Shown piece by piece: positions 22,012 to 31,284 of a stretch of DNA of 64,000 nucleotides (within the stretch, counting starts at the first letter, position 1; each line of letters opens with the position of its first letter). The notes under the pieces are model-generated. The model saw only the letters and a list, made by a program, of their open reading frames with translations, did no database searches and was not told the origin of the DNA. This DNA is from an uncultured Actinomycetota bacterium (GTDB taxonomy: Bacteria > Actinomycetota > Actinomycetes > Actinomycetales > Dermatophilaceae): contig CAVUGH010000009.1 of the NCBI GenBank assembly GCA_963740865.1, positions 62,003-126,002 of the forward strand. Direction: 5' to 3'. Position numbers and translations under genes: made by a program.

Positions 22012-23979
22012 ATGCGCCCCACACTCCGTCGTACCTTCATCGCCTCGGCCCTCGGCATCTTGTGTGCGGGGCTCGTCGCCGGTGGCGCGACTGCGGCTGA
22101 CGCACCAGTGCCGGCCACGGTGAGCTCCGTCCGGGTGACACCGGCCGCGGTCTCCGGCATCCTCACCGTCCGCTCGGACGGGGTCCCGCCGACCCCCTCG
22201 ACGCTCAAGGTGTCGGTCGCGGGACGGGACTACCCGGCCACGACGACGCCCGTCGTCCAGGGCAAACGCGCCACGATCCTGGTGGTCGACACCAGCGGCT
22301 CGATGGGCGAGGCCGGGATGGCCACGGTCCGCGAGGCCACGAAGGCCTTCCTCAAGGCCGCCCCCAAGGACGTCGCTGTCGGAGTCGTGTCGTTCGCCGG
22401 CACGGCTGGCGTCGACGTCCCCCCCACGCTGGACCGGGTCCGGGTGCAGAAGGCCGTCAACGCCCTGCGCTCCCGTGGTGAGACCAGCCTGTATGACGGC
22501 GTCATCGTTGCGGCGTCGGCGCTGGGTGCCTACACCGACCGAAGCATCCTGCTGCTCAGTGACGGCGGAGACACGCGGAGCAAGGCCACCCGGGCCGCCG
22601 CGACCGCGGCGCTCAAGAACCGCGGCGTGCGCGCCGAGATCATCGGTTTCAAGACCGACGACAGTGACAACTCCGTGCTCAAGGGCTTCGCGCAGGCAGG
22701 TGGCGGCAGTGTCGCGGCCGCCGGCGACAGCGCAGCGGTGAGCCGGGCGTTCGCCACGGCGGCGAAGGCGCTCGACTCGCAGGTCAGCTTCACCATCAAG
22801 CAGGCCGGACTCGGCGGCGTCCAGAAGGTCGTCGTCACCGGCCTCGTCGGCACCCGCCCGTTCCGTGCGGAGTCGATGGTCGACTTCGGAGTCGCCGCGG
22901 CCCCCGTGCCCTCGGCCACGCCCGACGAGTCCGCGACGCTGGCGCCCGACGACCAGAGCGCGGCGGTCACCCCGTCCCTGCCCGTGCCCAAGCTGCCGAT
23001 GAGCGTCCTGCTCGGAGCCGCTGTGGGTGCCCTTGGCCTGATCATCCTCACCCTGGTCCTCCTCCTGCCGACGGCGCGTGACCGTCGCCGGGAACGGGCC
23101 GCGACGATCGAGCGCTACGTGACCCCGGGCGGCGCTCCGGTTCCCGTCGCGTCCTCGTCGCCCAGCGCGCTGTCCTCCCAGCTGATCGACATCGGCGACC
23201 GCGTGATGGACGGCCGTGAGTCGACCGGCAAGACGATGGCGCACATCGAGCGGGCCGACCTCCCGCTGCGACCCGGTGAGTGGTGGGTCATGCGACTCGT
23301 CGCCCTCATCGTCGGGACCGCCCTGGGTGTCTTCTTCTTCAACGGCGGGTTCTGGATGAACCTGTTCGGGACCGTGCTGGGCTTCCTGGTCGGCTGGTTC
23401 CTGCCCGCCTTCATCCTGCGCTTCCTCTCCGCTCGGAGGGCGAAGAAGTTCGAGCGACAGCTTCCGGACGTGCTGACCCTCGTGGCCAGCAGCCTCTCCA
23501 CCGGCTTCTCCCTGCCCCAGGCGCTCGACGCGGTCTCCAAGGACGCGGCGCAGCCCGCCGCCAAGGAGTTCTCGCGGGCCCTCGCCGAGACCCGGATCGG
23601 GTCGGACATCAGCGACTCGCTCGACCACCTCGCGGCCCGGATGGACAGCGCCAACATGCGCTGGACCACGATGGCCATCCGCATCCAGCGTGAGGTGGGT
23701 GGAAACCTCGCCGACACCATGCGGACCACGGCCAAGACGCTGCGCGAGCGTGAGGAGCTGCATCGCCACGTCCGCGGCCTGTCGGCCGAGGGCCGGCTGT
23801 CCGCCTACATCCTCGTGGGGCTGCCGATCGGCATCTTCCTGTACGAGCTCAAGGTCAACCGGGAGTACATCGAGCTGCTGTGGACCAGGCCGATCGGGCT
23901 TGGGATGCTGGGAGCTGGCTTCGTGCTCATCGGACTCGGTATCGCCTGGATGCGCAAAGTCGTGGATGTGAAGGTCTAA
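22012..23979 (+). CDS. tadB: VWA-domain + TadB (T2SSF) fusion protein
   Basis: Signal peptide, MIDAS DTSGS, TM, then FERQLPDVL...QREVGGNL...LSAEGRLS. Confidence 0.88.
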   Translation: MRPTLRRTFIASALGILCAGLVAGGATAADAPVPATVSSVRVTPAAVSGILTVRSDGVPPTPSTLKVSVAGRDYPATTTPVVQGKRATILVVDTSGSMGEAGMATVREATKAFLKAAPKDVAVGVVSFAGTAGVDVPPTLDRVRVQKAVNALRSRGETSLYDGVIVAASALGAYTDRSILLLSDGGDTRSKATRAAATAALKNRGVRAEIIGFKTDDSDNSVLKGFAQAGGGSVAAAGDSAAVSRAFATAAKALDSQVSFTIKQAGLGGVQKVVVTGLVGTRPFRAESMVDFGVAAAPVPSATPDESATLAPDDQSAAVTPSLPVPKLPMSVLLGAAVGALGLIILTLVLLLPTARDRRRERAATIERYVTPGGAPVPVASSSPSALSSQLIDIGDRVMDGRESTGKTMAHIERADLPLRPGEWWVMRLVALIVGTALGVFFFNGGFWMNLFGTVLGFLVGWFLPAFILRFLSARRAKKFERQLPDVLTLVASSLSTGFSLPQALDAVSKDAAQPAAKEFSRALAETRIGSDISDSLDHLAARMDSANMRWTTMAIRIQREVGGNLADTMRTTAKTLREREELHRHVRGLSAEGRLSAYILVGLPIGIFLYELKVNREYIELLWTRPIGLGMLGAGFVLIGLGIAWMRKVVDVKV

Positions 23980-23981
23980 CC

Positions 23982-24902
23982 ATGGGATCTACGTTGTTCC
24001 TCATCGTCGGTGCCGCGGCCGTTGCCGGCGCCCTGGTCATGATCGTGCTGGCCGTCTCGCTCGGCGCCGGGCAGGCCACCGGCGTGGCCCGCTCGCTGGC
24101 GCTCATCGAGCACCGCATCGACGCCAAGGAAGTGGGCAAGCACGACCTGCCCGCCAGCGAGCGACTGATGCTGCCGTTCTTCGCCCGCACCCGGCGGCTG
24201 GCCTTCAAGCTGTCGCCCGGGGGCAGCGTGGAGCGGTTCACCCGCCTGCTCGACCTCGCCGGCAACCCCGGCACCTGGACCCCTGAGAAGATCATGGGTG
24301 CCAAGGGCGCGGCCCTGCTGATCGGTGCGCTGGTGGGCTTCGTGCTGGGCGGCTTCGGCTTCCGCGGCCTCATGTACGCCGCCATCGGCGCCGTCGTCCT
24401 GTTCTTCCTGCCGGACATGCTCATCTACAACACCGGCCAGAAGCGCCAGCAGGAGCTCCAGCGCGGTCTGGCGGACTCCCTCGACATGCTCACCGTGTGT
24501 GTCCAGGCCGGTCAGGGCTTCGACTCGGCCCTGATGCAGGTTGCCAAGTCCACCACCGGGCCCATCTCCGGTGAGTTCGCCCGCATCCTGTCGGAGATCC
24601 AGATCGGCAAGTCCCGCGGCGACGCCTTCAGCTCGCTCGGGGCGCGCACCACCGTGCCCGAGGCCAAGAACTTCGTCAGCGCCCTCGTCCAGGCCGACCG
24701 ACTCGGTCTGCCGATCGCGAACGTGCTCAAGGAGCAGTCGATCCAGATGCGACTGGTCCGGCGTCAGCGGGCCGAGGAGCAAGCGCAGAAGGTGCCGGTC
24801 AAGATCCTGTTCCCCATGCTGCTGTTCATCTTCCCGGCTCTGTTCATCGTGATCATCGGCCCGGGTGCCATCCGCATGATGGACGCGTTCTCTGGCATGT
24901 GA
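23982..24902 (+). CDS. tadC: TadC (T2SSF) membrane platform protein
   Basis: LDMLTVCVQAGQGFD...RRQRAEEQAQKVPVKILFP. Confidence 0.92.
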   Translation: MGSTLFLIVGAAAVAGALVMIVLAVSLGAGQATGVARSLALIEHRIDAKEVGKHDLPASERLMLPFFARTRRLAFKLSPGGSVERFTRLLDLAGNPGTWTPEKIMGAKGAALLIGALVGFVLGGFGFRGLMYAAIGAVVLFFLPDMLIYNTGQKRQQELQRGLADSLDMLTVCVQAGQGFDSALMQVAKSTTGPISGEFARILSEIQIGKSRGDAFSSLGARTTVPEAKNFVSALVQADRLGLPIANVLKEQSIQMRLVRRQRAEEQAQKVPVKILFPMLLFIFPALFIVIIGPGAIRMMDAFSGM

Positions 24903-24928
24903 GCCGACGGCGCCACGCCCTGTCACGA

Positions 24929-24959
24929 AAGCCCGCCCCAGGACTCCTGGGGCGGGCTT
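24929..24959. terminator. Hairpin terminator after the tad operon
   Basis: aagcccgccccagg-act-cctggggcgggctt, 14-bp stem. Confidence 0.8.
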
Positions 24960-25059
24960 CGTGGTGCGTGGTCTCGGTGCGCGGCACTGCGAGGACGTAT
25001 GCCGGGTGGTCACCACACGGCATATCAACGACGGCGCCTCGGCGCCGCAGGGGTCGGCG

Positions 25060-25710
25060 TCAGCGTCGGCCGGGACCGATCGACTCGGACTTGACCAGGC
25101 CGAGCCGGAGCGCGGACATGACGGCGGACGCGCGGTTGTGGGCCCCGAGCTTCTCGTAGACCTTGGACACGTGCGTCTTGACCGTCGACTCGCTCATGTA
25201 GAGCTTCTTGGCCACGGCGGCGATCGAGTCACCGGCAACCAGGCGGTCCAGCACCTCGGCCTCGCGTGGGGTGAGCCGCGGCTTGTCGCTGGAGTCGCGG
25301 CGACGCAACGCCTCCGCGAGGCCGGTGGCCATGAAGGCGTCAGGAGCCACGGCCGCACGACGGACCGCCGCGATGACCTCGTCCGACGGGGCCGACTTGA
25401 GGACCAGGGCCGAGGCGCCGAGATCGAGCGCCTCGAGCAGCGTCTCGTCGTCGTTGTGCATCGTCAGGACGACGATGCCGAGCCGGGGCGAGGCCTCGCG
25501 GGCCGCCCGGGCCAGCACCAGGCCGGACCCGTCGGGCATGGACACGTCCACGACGAGGACGTGGATGAGGCTCTGCGCCAGGACGGTCTTGCCTTCGGCG
25601 ATGCCGCCAGCCTGGCCGACCACGGAAAGATCCGGCTCGCTGTCGATCATCCGGCAGACGGCTTCGCGCACCAGGGTGTGGTCGTCGATCACCACGACGT
25701 TGATGGTCAT
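25060..25710 (-). CDS. NarL/LuxR family response regulator
   Basis: IDDH...VDVSMPDGSG receiver; LTPREAEVL...TVKTHVS HTH. Confidence 0.93.
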   Translation of the reverse strand: MTINVVVIDDHTLVREAVCRMIDSEPDLSVVGQAGGIAEGKTVLAQSLIHVLVVDVSMPDGSGLVLARAAREASPRLGIVVLTMHNDDETLLEALDLGASALVLKSAPSDEVIAAVRRAAVAPDAFMATGLAEALRRRDSSDKPRLTPREAEVLDRLVAGDSIAAVAKKLYMSESTVKTHVSKVYEKLGAHNRASAVMSALRLGLVKSESIGPGRR

Positions 25711-27320
25711 GAGGGCTGGGGGATCCTTTCGTTGGACAGCGTTGCGGAGGGGGCTGCGCCGCGGGCCCGCATGCGCATGCGGAGCGCGACCCCTTCTCCG
25801 GCGTAGGGCTCGACGGAGATCTCGCCCCCCAGGCTGTTGAGTGGGTAGTCGGCAAAGTCCCGCTCGGTGAGCGAGCTCGACCCGTCATGAGCCATCCACA
25901 GCTCGACGCGCGGGGCGGCGACGTTGAGGCGGACTTCGACGATCTGGGCGTTAAGGGAGTGCCGGGCGTCGGCCAGCATCCGCAGGAAGAGGCGGTAGAT
26001 GAGCACCTCGGTGTGGGCGGGAAGGCGGAAACCGGTCTCGCTCAAGTGCATTCGTGTCGTGACGCCGGAGTTGGAGCCGAAGTTCTGCAGCCGCGCACCG
26101 ATCATCGCGCCAAGGCCGGTGTCGGGTCGCACCGCGATCCGCAGGTCACCGATGTGCAGCCGGAGGTCGGCGAGCACCCGGGAGACGTCCACGCGGAGGG
26201 CATCGAGCTCTGGGGCCAGGGGCGATCCCAGACCGCGGGCGTTGCGCCGAGCCGCGTCGATGCCGAAGCCGAGCGCCACCATCTCCTGGGCGATTCCGTC
26301 GTGCATCTCGCGAGCCAGGCGCTCGCGCTCCTCGAGGCCGGCGCGCTCGCGCAGCCCGGCGAAGAGCACGGAGAGGTCGATGTTGGCTGCATGCCGCCCG
26401 GCGACCGCACCAGCGGCCGCGAGGTCGTCCTCGGTGAACGGTGTGACCAGCGGGCGGTCGGCGACCATCAGCCCCAGCCGGTTACCGTCTCCGTCGTTGA
26501 GGGGGACGACGATGACCGAGCGCGCGACGAGGTCGTCCTTCCACTGGACGAGGACGGGCGTGCCTTGCCGCCACGTCTGCGCCAGGACCGAGTCCGGCTC
26601 CATGGGGTCGGGCCACGGGGTGCGGTCGGCGCCGCGGATCGCCAACGGCACTGCCGGGTCGTCGCCGTAGCCGACGAGGATGGCACTGCGTGCGGCGCGC
26701 ATCTGGTTGCTGAGGTCCTGCAACGCCATCTCGGCCGAGCCGGGGGCGTCGAAGCCGGTGTCGAGCGTGTCCGCGAGCTCGTGGAGCCGACGCAGGAGGA
26801 AGCTCGCCTCGGCCGCGACGCTGGCGTCCTCGACGTGGGCGTCGGGCTCGAGCGCGTGCGACCAGCCGCCCAGCAGCCCGAAGAGGACCGCCAGCAGGGA
26901 GGCGAGCGAGATCAGCTGTATCTCAGCCGTGGTCAGCCGGACCAGCCACCAGGCGGTCCCCAGCCCCACGGCCAGTCCGACGAACGCTGCCGCGAAGGCG
27001 CCCTTCGCGGCGAAGCGCGATCCGACGTGGTAGGCGGGGATCAGGATGAGCATCTTGGACCAGGGCCCTGCGGAGCCCATGGCCATGCCGGCCACCACCG
27101 TGCAGACCGTCAGGATCGCGATCAGCTGGGTGTGGCGCACTGCCCCCTCGATGACGGTGAGGTAGCCGAGGGTGGAGGCAGCCAGGTCCAGGGTGAGGAT
27201 GAGCAGGATCCAGGGGAGCGCCTGCGACAGGCTCTGGTCGATGAAGGCAAACATCCCGGCGAGGAGACCGAAGGCGAGGCGGAGCCGTGTGGATACGGCG
27301 AGATGGGGCAGCCACCGCAT
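25707..27320 (-). CDS. Membrane sensor histidine kinase (TM-GAF-HisKA_3) with degenerate ATP-binding domain
   Basis: ERERLAREMHDGIAQ H-box intact; N/G boxes degenerate; start placed at ATG 27320. Confidence 0.82.
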   Translation of the reverse strand: MRWLPHLAVSTRLRLAFGLLAGMFAFIDQSLSQALPWILLILTLDLAASTLGYLTVIEGAVRHTQLIAILTVCTVVAGMAMGSAGPWSKMLILIPAYHVGSRFAAKGAFAAAFVGLAVGLGTAWWLVRLTTAEIQLISLASLLAVLFGLLGGWSHALEPDAHVEDASVAAEASFLLRRLHELADTLDTGFDAPGSAEMALQDLSNQMRAARSAILVGYGDDPAVPLAIRGADRTPWPDPMEPDSVLAQTWRQGTPVLVQWKDDLVARSVIVVPLNDGDGNRLGLMVADRPLVTPFTEDDLAAAGAVAGRHAANIDLSVLFAGLRERAGLEERERLAREMHDGIAQEMVALGFGIDAARRNARGLGSPLAPELDALRVDVSRVLADLRLHIGDLRIAVRPDTGLGAMIGARLQNFGSNSGVTTRMHLSETGFRLPAHTEVLIYRLFLRMLADARHSLNAQIVEVRLNVAAPRVELWMAHDGSSSLTERDFADYPLNSLGGEISVEPYAGEGVALRMRMRARGAAPSATLSNERIPQPS

Positions 27321-27437
27321 ACCCGCCTCCCGTCTCACGTCCCCGGCACCCAGCAGTTGTCCACAGGTCACTGCTCAGACTAGTCGTGTCCACACGCTTG
27401 TGCCTGCCAATCGACGCGAACACACCGGCCCGGAACG

Positions 27438-28307
27438 ATGCGATGTGTGGCGCCGCCGAACCCCGTGACCGAGGCGCTGCGCGCGCTCACCGATCTTGCG
27501 CTGCCCGTCAGCTGCGCCGCCTGCGGCGAGCCGGACGACCAGGTGTGCCGCGGGTGCCTGGAAGGGCTCGACCGCTGCCTCTGGTTCGGGGGACCCAGAG
27601 CGGTCCGTCCCGACCCCTGCCCGCCCGGGTTGCCCACCGTCCACGCAGCCGGTCGGTACGAGGGACCGCTGGCCGCCGTGGTCGCGGCCTACAAGGACGA
27701 TGGGCGTCGGGACTGCGCGCCGTTGCTCGGTGGGCTGCTGGCTCGCGCAGTCGACGCCGGCATCGCCGGCTGCCGGTCGGCGGTCGACGTCCTGGTGCGC
27801 CACAACGGTCCTCTCCTGGTGGTCCCTGTTCCCTCCTCGAGGGCATCGGTCCGCGCACGCGGCGACGCGCCTCTGGTGGCGCTGGCCGCGCAGGCAGTCA
27901 AGGGCTATTCCGCGGACGAGGCGGTCGTGGCTGACGCGCTGCGGCCCAGACGCCGGGTCGCCGACCAGGCGGGGCTCGGCGCGCGCGAGCGGGCGGTCAA
28001 CCTCGAGCACTCGATGGCCGTCGAACCCCATTGGTCGTCGGCTGTCGAGGGCGCGGTCTGCGTCGTCGTCGACGACGTGCTGACGACCGGAGCGACGCTC
28101 GTCGAGGCTGCGCGAGCGCTCCTGTCGGCCGGTGCCGTGGGCGTCGTCGGGGCCACGATCTGTGCCACCCAGCGACGGCACCGACGTCCAAACCGTGGAC
28201 GGCAAGTCGGCCCGCTCACTGCATGTGACGACGTCCAGCCAATGCACAACAGACTCCGGGCAAACGTCGAGCCAATCCGTGTGTCGCAATCGGCTGGGGT
28301 GGTCTAA
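27438..28307 (+). CDS. comF: ComF family competence / phosphoribosyltransferase-like protein
   Basis: CAAC...CRGC zinc ribbon, VPVPSS, DQAGL and VVVDDVLTTGATL; start uncertain. Confidence 0.9.
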   Translation: MRCVAPPNPVTEALRALTDLALPVSCAACGEPDDQVCRGCLEGLDRCLWFGGPRAVRPDPCPPGLPTVHAAGRYEGPLAAVVAAYKDDGRRDCAPLLGGLLARAVDAGIAGCRSAVDVLVRHNGPLLVVPVPSSRASVRARGDAPLVALAAQAVKGYSADEAVVADALRPRRRVADQAGLGARERAVNLEHSMAVEPHWSSAVEGAVCVVVDDVLTTGATLVEAARALLSAGAVGVVGATICATQRRHRRPNRGRQVGPLTACDDVQPMHNRLRANVEPIRVSQSAGVV

Positions 28308-28548
28308 CGTCGGTGTATGGCCCCCCTGGCCCCCGTGCACGTCACGCAAACAGGGCGCCTCGGACGCGGTCCGACGGGCGCTCTGCGGCAGGGAACGGAG
28401 CCGATCACGCCGACCATCGGGTCGACGACGTGGTCGACCGCTGAGTCGACCACCAGCCTTGTCGGATCGTCCGAGCGCGGGTGGTGCCGCGGCTGAACCC
28501 GGGCCACGCCGCCCGACTCGAACACCCGCCGAAACCATGGAGGACACC

Positions 28549-29199
28549 GTGGAAATTGTCGTCACCGGACGCCACATGCAGGTCTCAGACCGATTCCGTG
28601 ACCACCTCGACGAGAAGCTGGCCAAGATCCCGCAGCTCGCTCCGCGCGTTCAGCGCGTCGACGTCATCGTGAGCCACGAGTCGAACAAGCGTCAGGCCAA
28701 GGCCTGCGAACGCGTCGAGATCACCTGTCACGTGAAGGGCCCCATCGTGCGGGCCGAGGCATGTCTTGACGACAAGTACGCGGCGCTCGACGTGGCGCTG
28801 GACAAGCTGATGGAACGGCTGAGGCGGGCGCAGGACCGCAAGCGGGTGCACCGAGGGCGGCACGCGCCCGAGTCGGTGTCTGCCGCCACGGCGCGGATCC
28901 AGGAGCCGGCGGCCGGCGGGGGAGAGGACCACGTCCACGACACGGCCAACGGCGAGGGCGACCCCTTTGGCACCCAAGGCAACTCGCCTGTCGAGATCCG
29001 CGAGAAGATCCACGCGACCGTGCCGATGGCACTCGACCAGGCGGTCCGCGAGATGGAGCTCGTCGGGCACGACTTCTACCTCTACCACGACGAGGAGACC
29101 GACCAGCCGAGCGTCGTCTACCGGCGCAGGGGCTGGTCCTACGGTGTGATCCACCTCGACGTGACCGACGACGAGGGCGCCACCCGGAAGGTTTCCTGA
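28549..29199 (+). CDS. hpf: Ribosome hibernation promoting factor (long HPF/RaiA)
   Basis: EIVVTGRH...YAALD...MELVGHDFYLY...SVVYRR; GGAGG SD before GTG 28549. Confidence 0.93.
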   Translation: MEIVVTGRHMQVSDRFRDHLDEKLAKIPQLAPRVQRVDVIVSHESNKRQAKACERVEITCHVKGPIVRAEACLDDKYAALDVALDKLMERLRRAQDRKRVHRGRHAPESVSAATARIQEPAAGGGEDHVHDTANGEGDPFGTQGNSPVEIREKIHATVPMALDQAVREMELVGHDFYLYHDEETDQPSVVYRRRGWSYGVIHLDVTDDEGATRKVS

Positions 29200-29284
29200 C
29201 CCACACGCTGGGCGACACCGGGCGATCGAGGGGGATTTCGCCCGGTGTCGTCGCCCTGCCGTGACAGTATGTGCCTCGTGACGA

Positions 29285-29980
29285 ATGGGGATGGTGGTGC
29301 GACCGACAGGTGCCGACCCGATCAGGGTCGTCATCGCGGATGACCATGTCCTCTATCGCCGTGGCCTGCAGATGGTCGTCTCGCAGGACCACGACATCGA
29401 GATCGTCGGCGAGGCCGGCGACGGCAAGGAGGCGGTGGACCGCACCGTCGAGCTGCTGCCCGACGTCGTCCTGATGGACGTGCGGATGCCGCACACCTCC
29501 GGCATCCAGGCCTGCCAGACGATCAAGGCGCTCGTGCCGTCGACCAAGATCATCATGCTGACGATGTCCGACGAGGAGTCCGACCTCTACGAGGCGGTCA
29601 AGGCCGGCGCCAACGGCTACCTCCTCAAGGACGTCCCCGGTGAGGAGATCGCCGACGGCGTCCGCGCGGTCTTCAACGGCGACTCGCTCATCTCACCGTC
29701 GATGGCCTCCAAGCTGCTCGCCGAGTTCGCCCAGATGAGCAAGCGTCAGGGCGAGCGGCCCAGCGGGGTCGGGGCGCCCCGGCTCACCGACCGCGAGCTC
29801 GAGGTGCTCCGTCTGGTGGCGCGAGGCATGGCCAACAAGGAGATCGCGCACCAGCTGTTCATCTCCGAGAACACCGTCAAGAACCACGTGCGCAACATCC
29901 TCGAGAAGCTCCAGCTCCACTCGCGCATGGAGGCGGCCATGTATGCCGTGCGCGAGAACCTCCTCGAACCCGGCGAGTGA
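29285..29980 (+). CDS. NarL/LuxR family response regulator
   Basis: ADDH, MDVRMP, LTDRELEVL...TVKNHVRNILEKL. Confidence 0.93.
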   Translation: MGMVVRPTGADPIRVVIADDHVLYRRGLQMVVSQDHDIEIVGEAGDGKEAVDRTVELLPDVVLMDVRMPHTSGIQACQTIKALVPSTKIIMLTMSDEESDLYEAVKAGANGYLLKDVPGEEIADGVRAVFNGDSLISPSMASKLLAEFAQMSKRQGERPSGVGAPRLTDRELEVLRLVARGMANKEIAHQLFISENTVKNHVRNILEKLQLHSRMEAAMYAVRENLLEPGE

Positions 29981-31194
29981 CAGCCGCCTCGCTGGCCGTG
30001 ACGACACCCTCTCCCGTGCAGCTGACGCGCGCGCAGGCTCGCCGGATCGCGTTGGCAGCGCAGGGCTTTGCCGAGGCCCGGCCAGAGCCGGGGACGGCGA
30101 CGATGCGCCACGTGCAGCGGGTCATCGACCGTGTCCAGATCATCCAGATCGACAGCGTCAACGTCCTCACCCGCAGCCAGTACCTGCCGTTCTTCTCACG
30201 GCTCGGCGCCTATGACACCGCCCTCCTCGACCGGGCCCGCGACCGGTCGCCCCGGCGCCTCGTCGAGTACTGGGCCCATGAGGCCAGCCTCATCCCACCG
30301 GCGACCTGGCCATTGCTCGACTTCCGGATGGCACGGGCGCACGAGCTGTCGTGGGGTGGCATGCAGTCGGTGGCCAAGACCCATCCGGAGCTCGTCGAGG
30401 CGGTCCTGGACGAGGTCGTGGCCCGGGGTCCCATCACCTCCCGCGGGCTCGAGGCGGCCCTGGCCCACGACCTGCCCCGGGCGCGCGACCAGTGGGGCTG
30501 GAACTGGTCGCTGGTCAAGAACGCCGTCGAGCACCTGTTCTGGGCAGGACGGATCACCTCCGCCGGCCGGACCAGCCAGTTCGAGCGCCGGTATGCCGCG
30601 TTGGCCCGGGTGCTCCCCGGTCACCTCGCCGAGGTGGCCGGCGACCCAGCGGGCCGACCCCCGCACGAGGTGGCCTTCAAGGAGCTGATGCTGATCGCGG
30701 CCCGCGCCCACGGCGTCGGCACCGAGCAGTGCCTGCGGGACTACTTCCGGCTCAAGCCGCACCAGGCCCGCCCGGCTCTGGACGCCCTCGTCGCGGAGGG
30801 GACCCTCGTGCCGGCGACGATCGAGGGGTGGAAGCGCCCGGCATACCTGCATCCGGAGGCGCGGCGCCCTCGGAAGGTGCACGCCCAGGCGTTGCTCAGC
30901 CCGTTCGACTCCCTGATCTGGCAGCGGGACCGCACCGCGGCGATCTTCGGGATGGACTTCCGGCTGGAGATCTACGTGCCGGCCCCGCTGCGGGTCCACG
31001 GCTACTACGTGCTGCCGTTCCTGTTCGGCGACGAGCTGGTGGCCCGCTGTGACCTCAAGTCCGACCGGGCTGCCGGCGTGCTGCGCGTGCAGGCCGTGCA
31101 CTGGGAGCCCGGCGCCCCCGAGGCGGCCCGAGCGGCCCTCGACGACGAGCTCGCCCTGATGGCGCAGTGGCTCGGGCTCGCAGCAGTCGGCTAG
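29977..31194 (+). CDS. YcaQ/AlkZ-family (HTH_42) DNA crosslink glycosylase
   Basis: IQIDSVNV (QxD), EYWAHEAS, LLSPFD and HGYYVLP motifs. Confidence 0.88.
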   Translation: MTAASLAVTTPSPVQLTRAQARRIALAAQGFAEARPEPGTATMRHVQRVIDRVQIIQIDSVNVLTRSQYLPFFSRLGAYDTALLDRARDRSPRRLVEYWAHEASLIPPATWPLLDFRMARAHELSWGGMQSVAKTHPELVEAVLDEVVARGPITSRGLEAALAHDLPRARDQWGWNWSLVKNAVEHLFWAGRITSAGRTSQFERRYAALARVLPGHLAEVAGDPAGRPPHEVAFKELMLIAARAHGVGTEQCLRDYFRLKPHQARPALDALVAEGTLVPATIEGWKRPAYLHPEARRPRKVHAQALLSPFDSLIWQRDRTAAIFGMDFRLEIYVPAPLRVHGYYVLPFLFGDELVARCDLKSDRAAGVLRVQAVHWEPGAPEAARAALDDELALMAQWLGLAAVG

Positions 31195-31284
31195 CACTGT
31201 GCACGGGCGAGGCCCCGGTCGCCGTGTGGCGGCCGGGGCCTCGTCGTCTGCGTGGAGCTCACCGCGGGACAGGCTCGAGTCTCG

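Noticed and set aside
28170-28548. raiA-motif ncRNA
   Set aside because: Expected location, but no recognisable conserved core by eye; cmscan is needed to be certain
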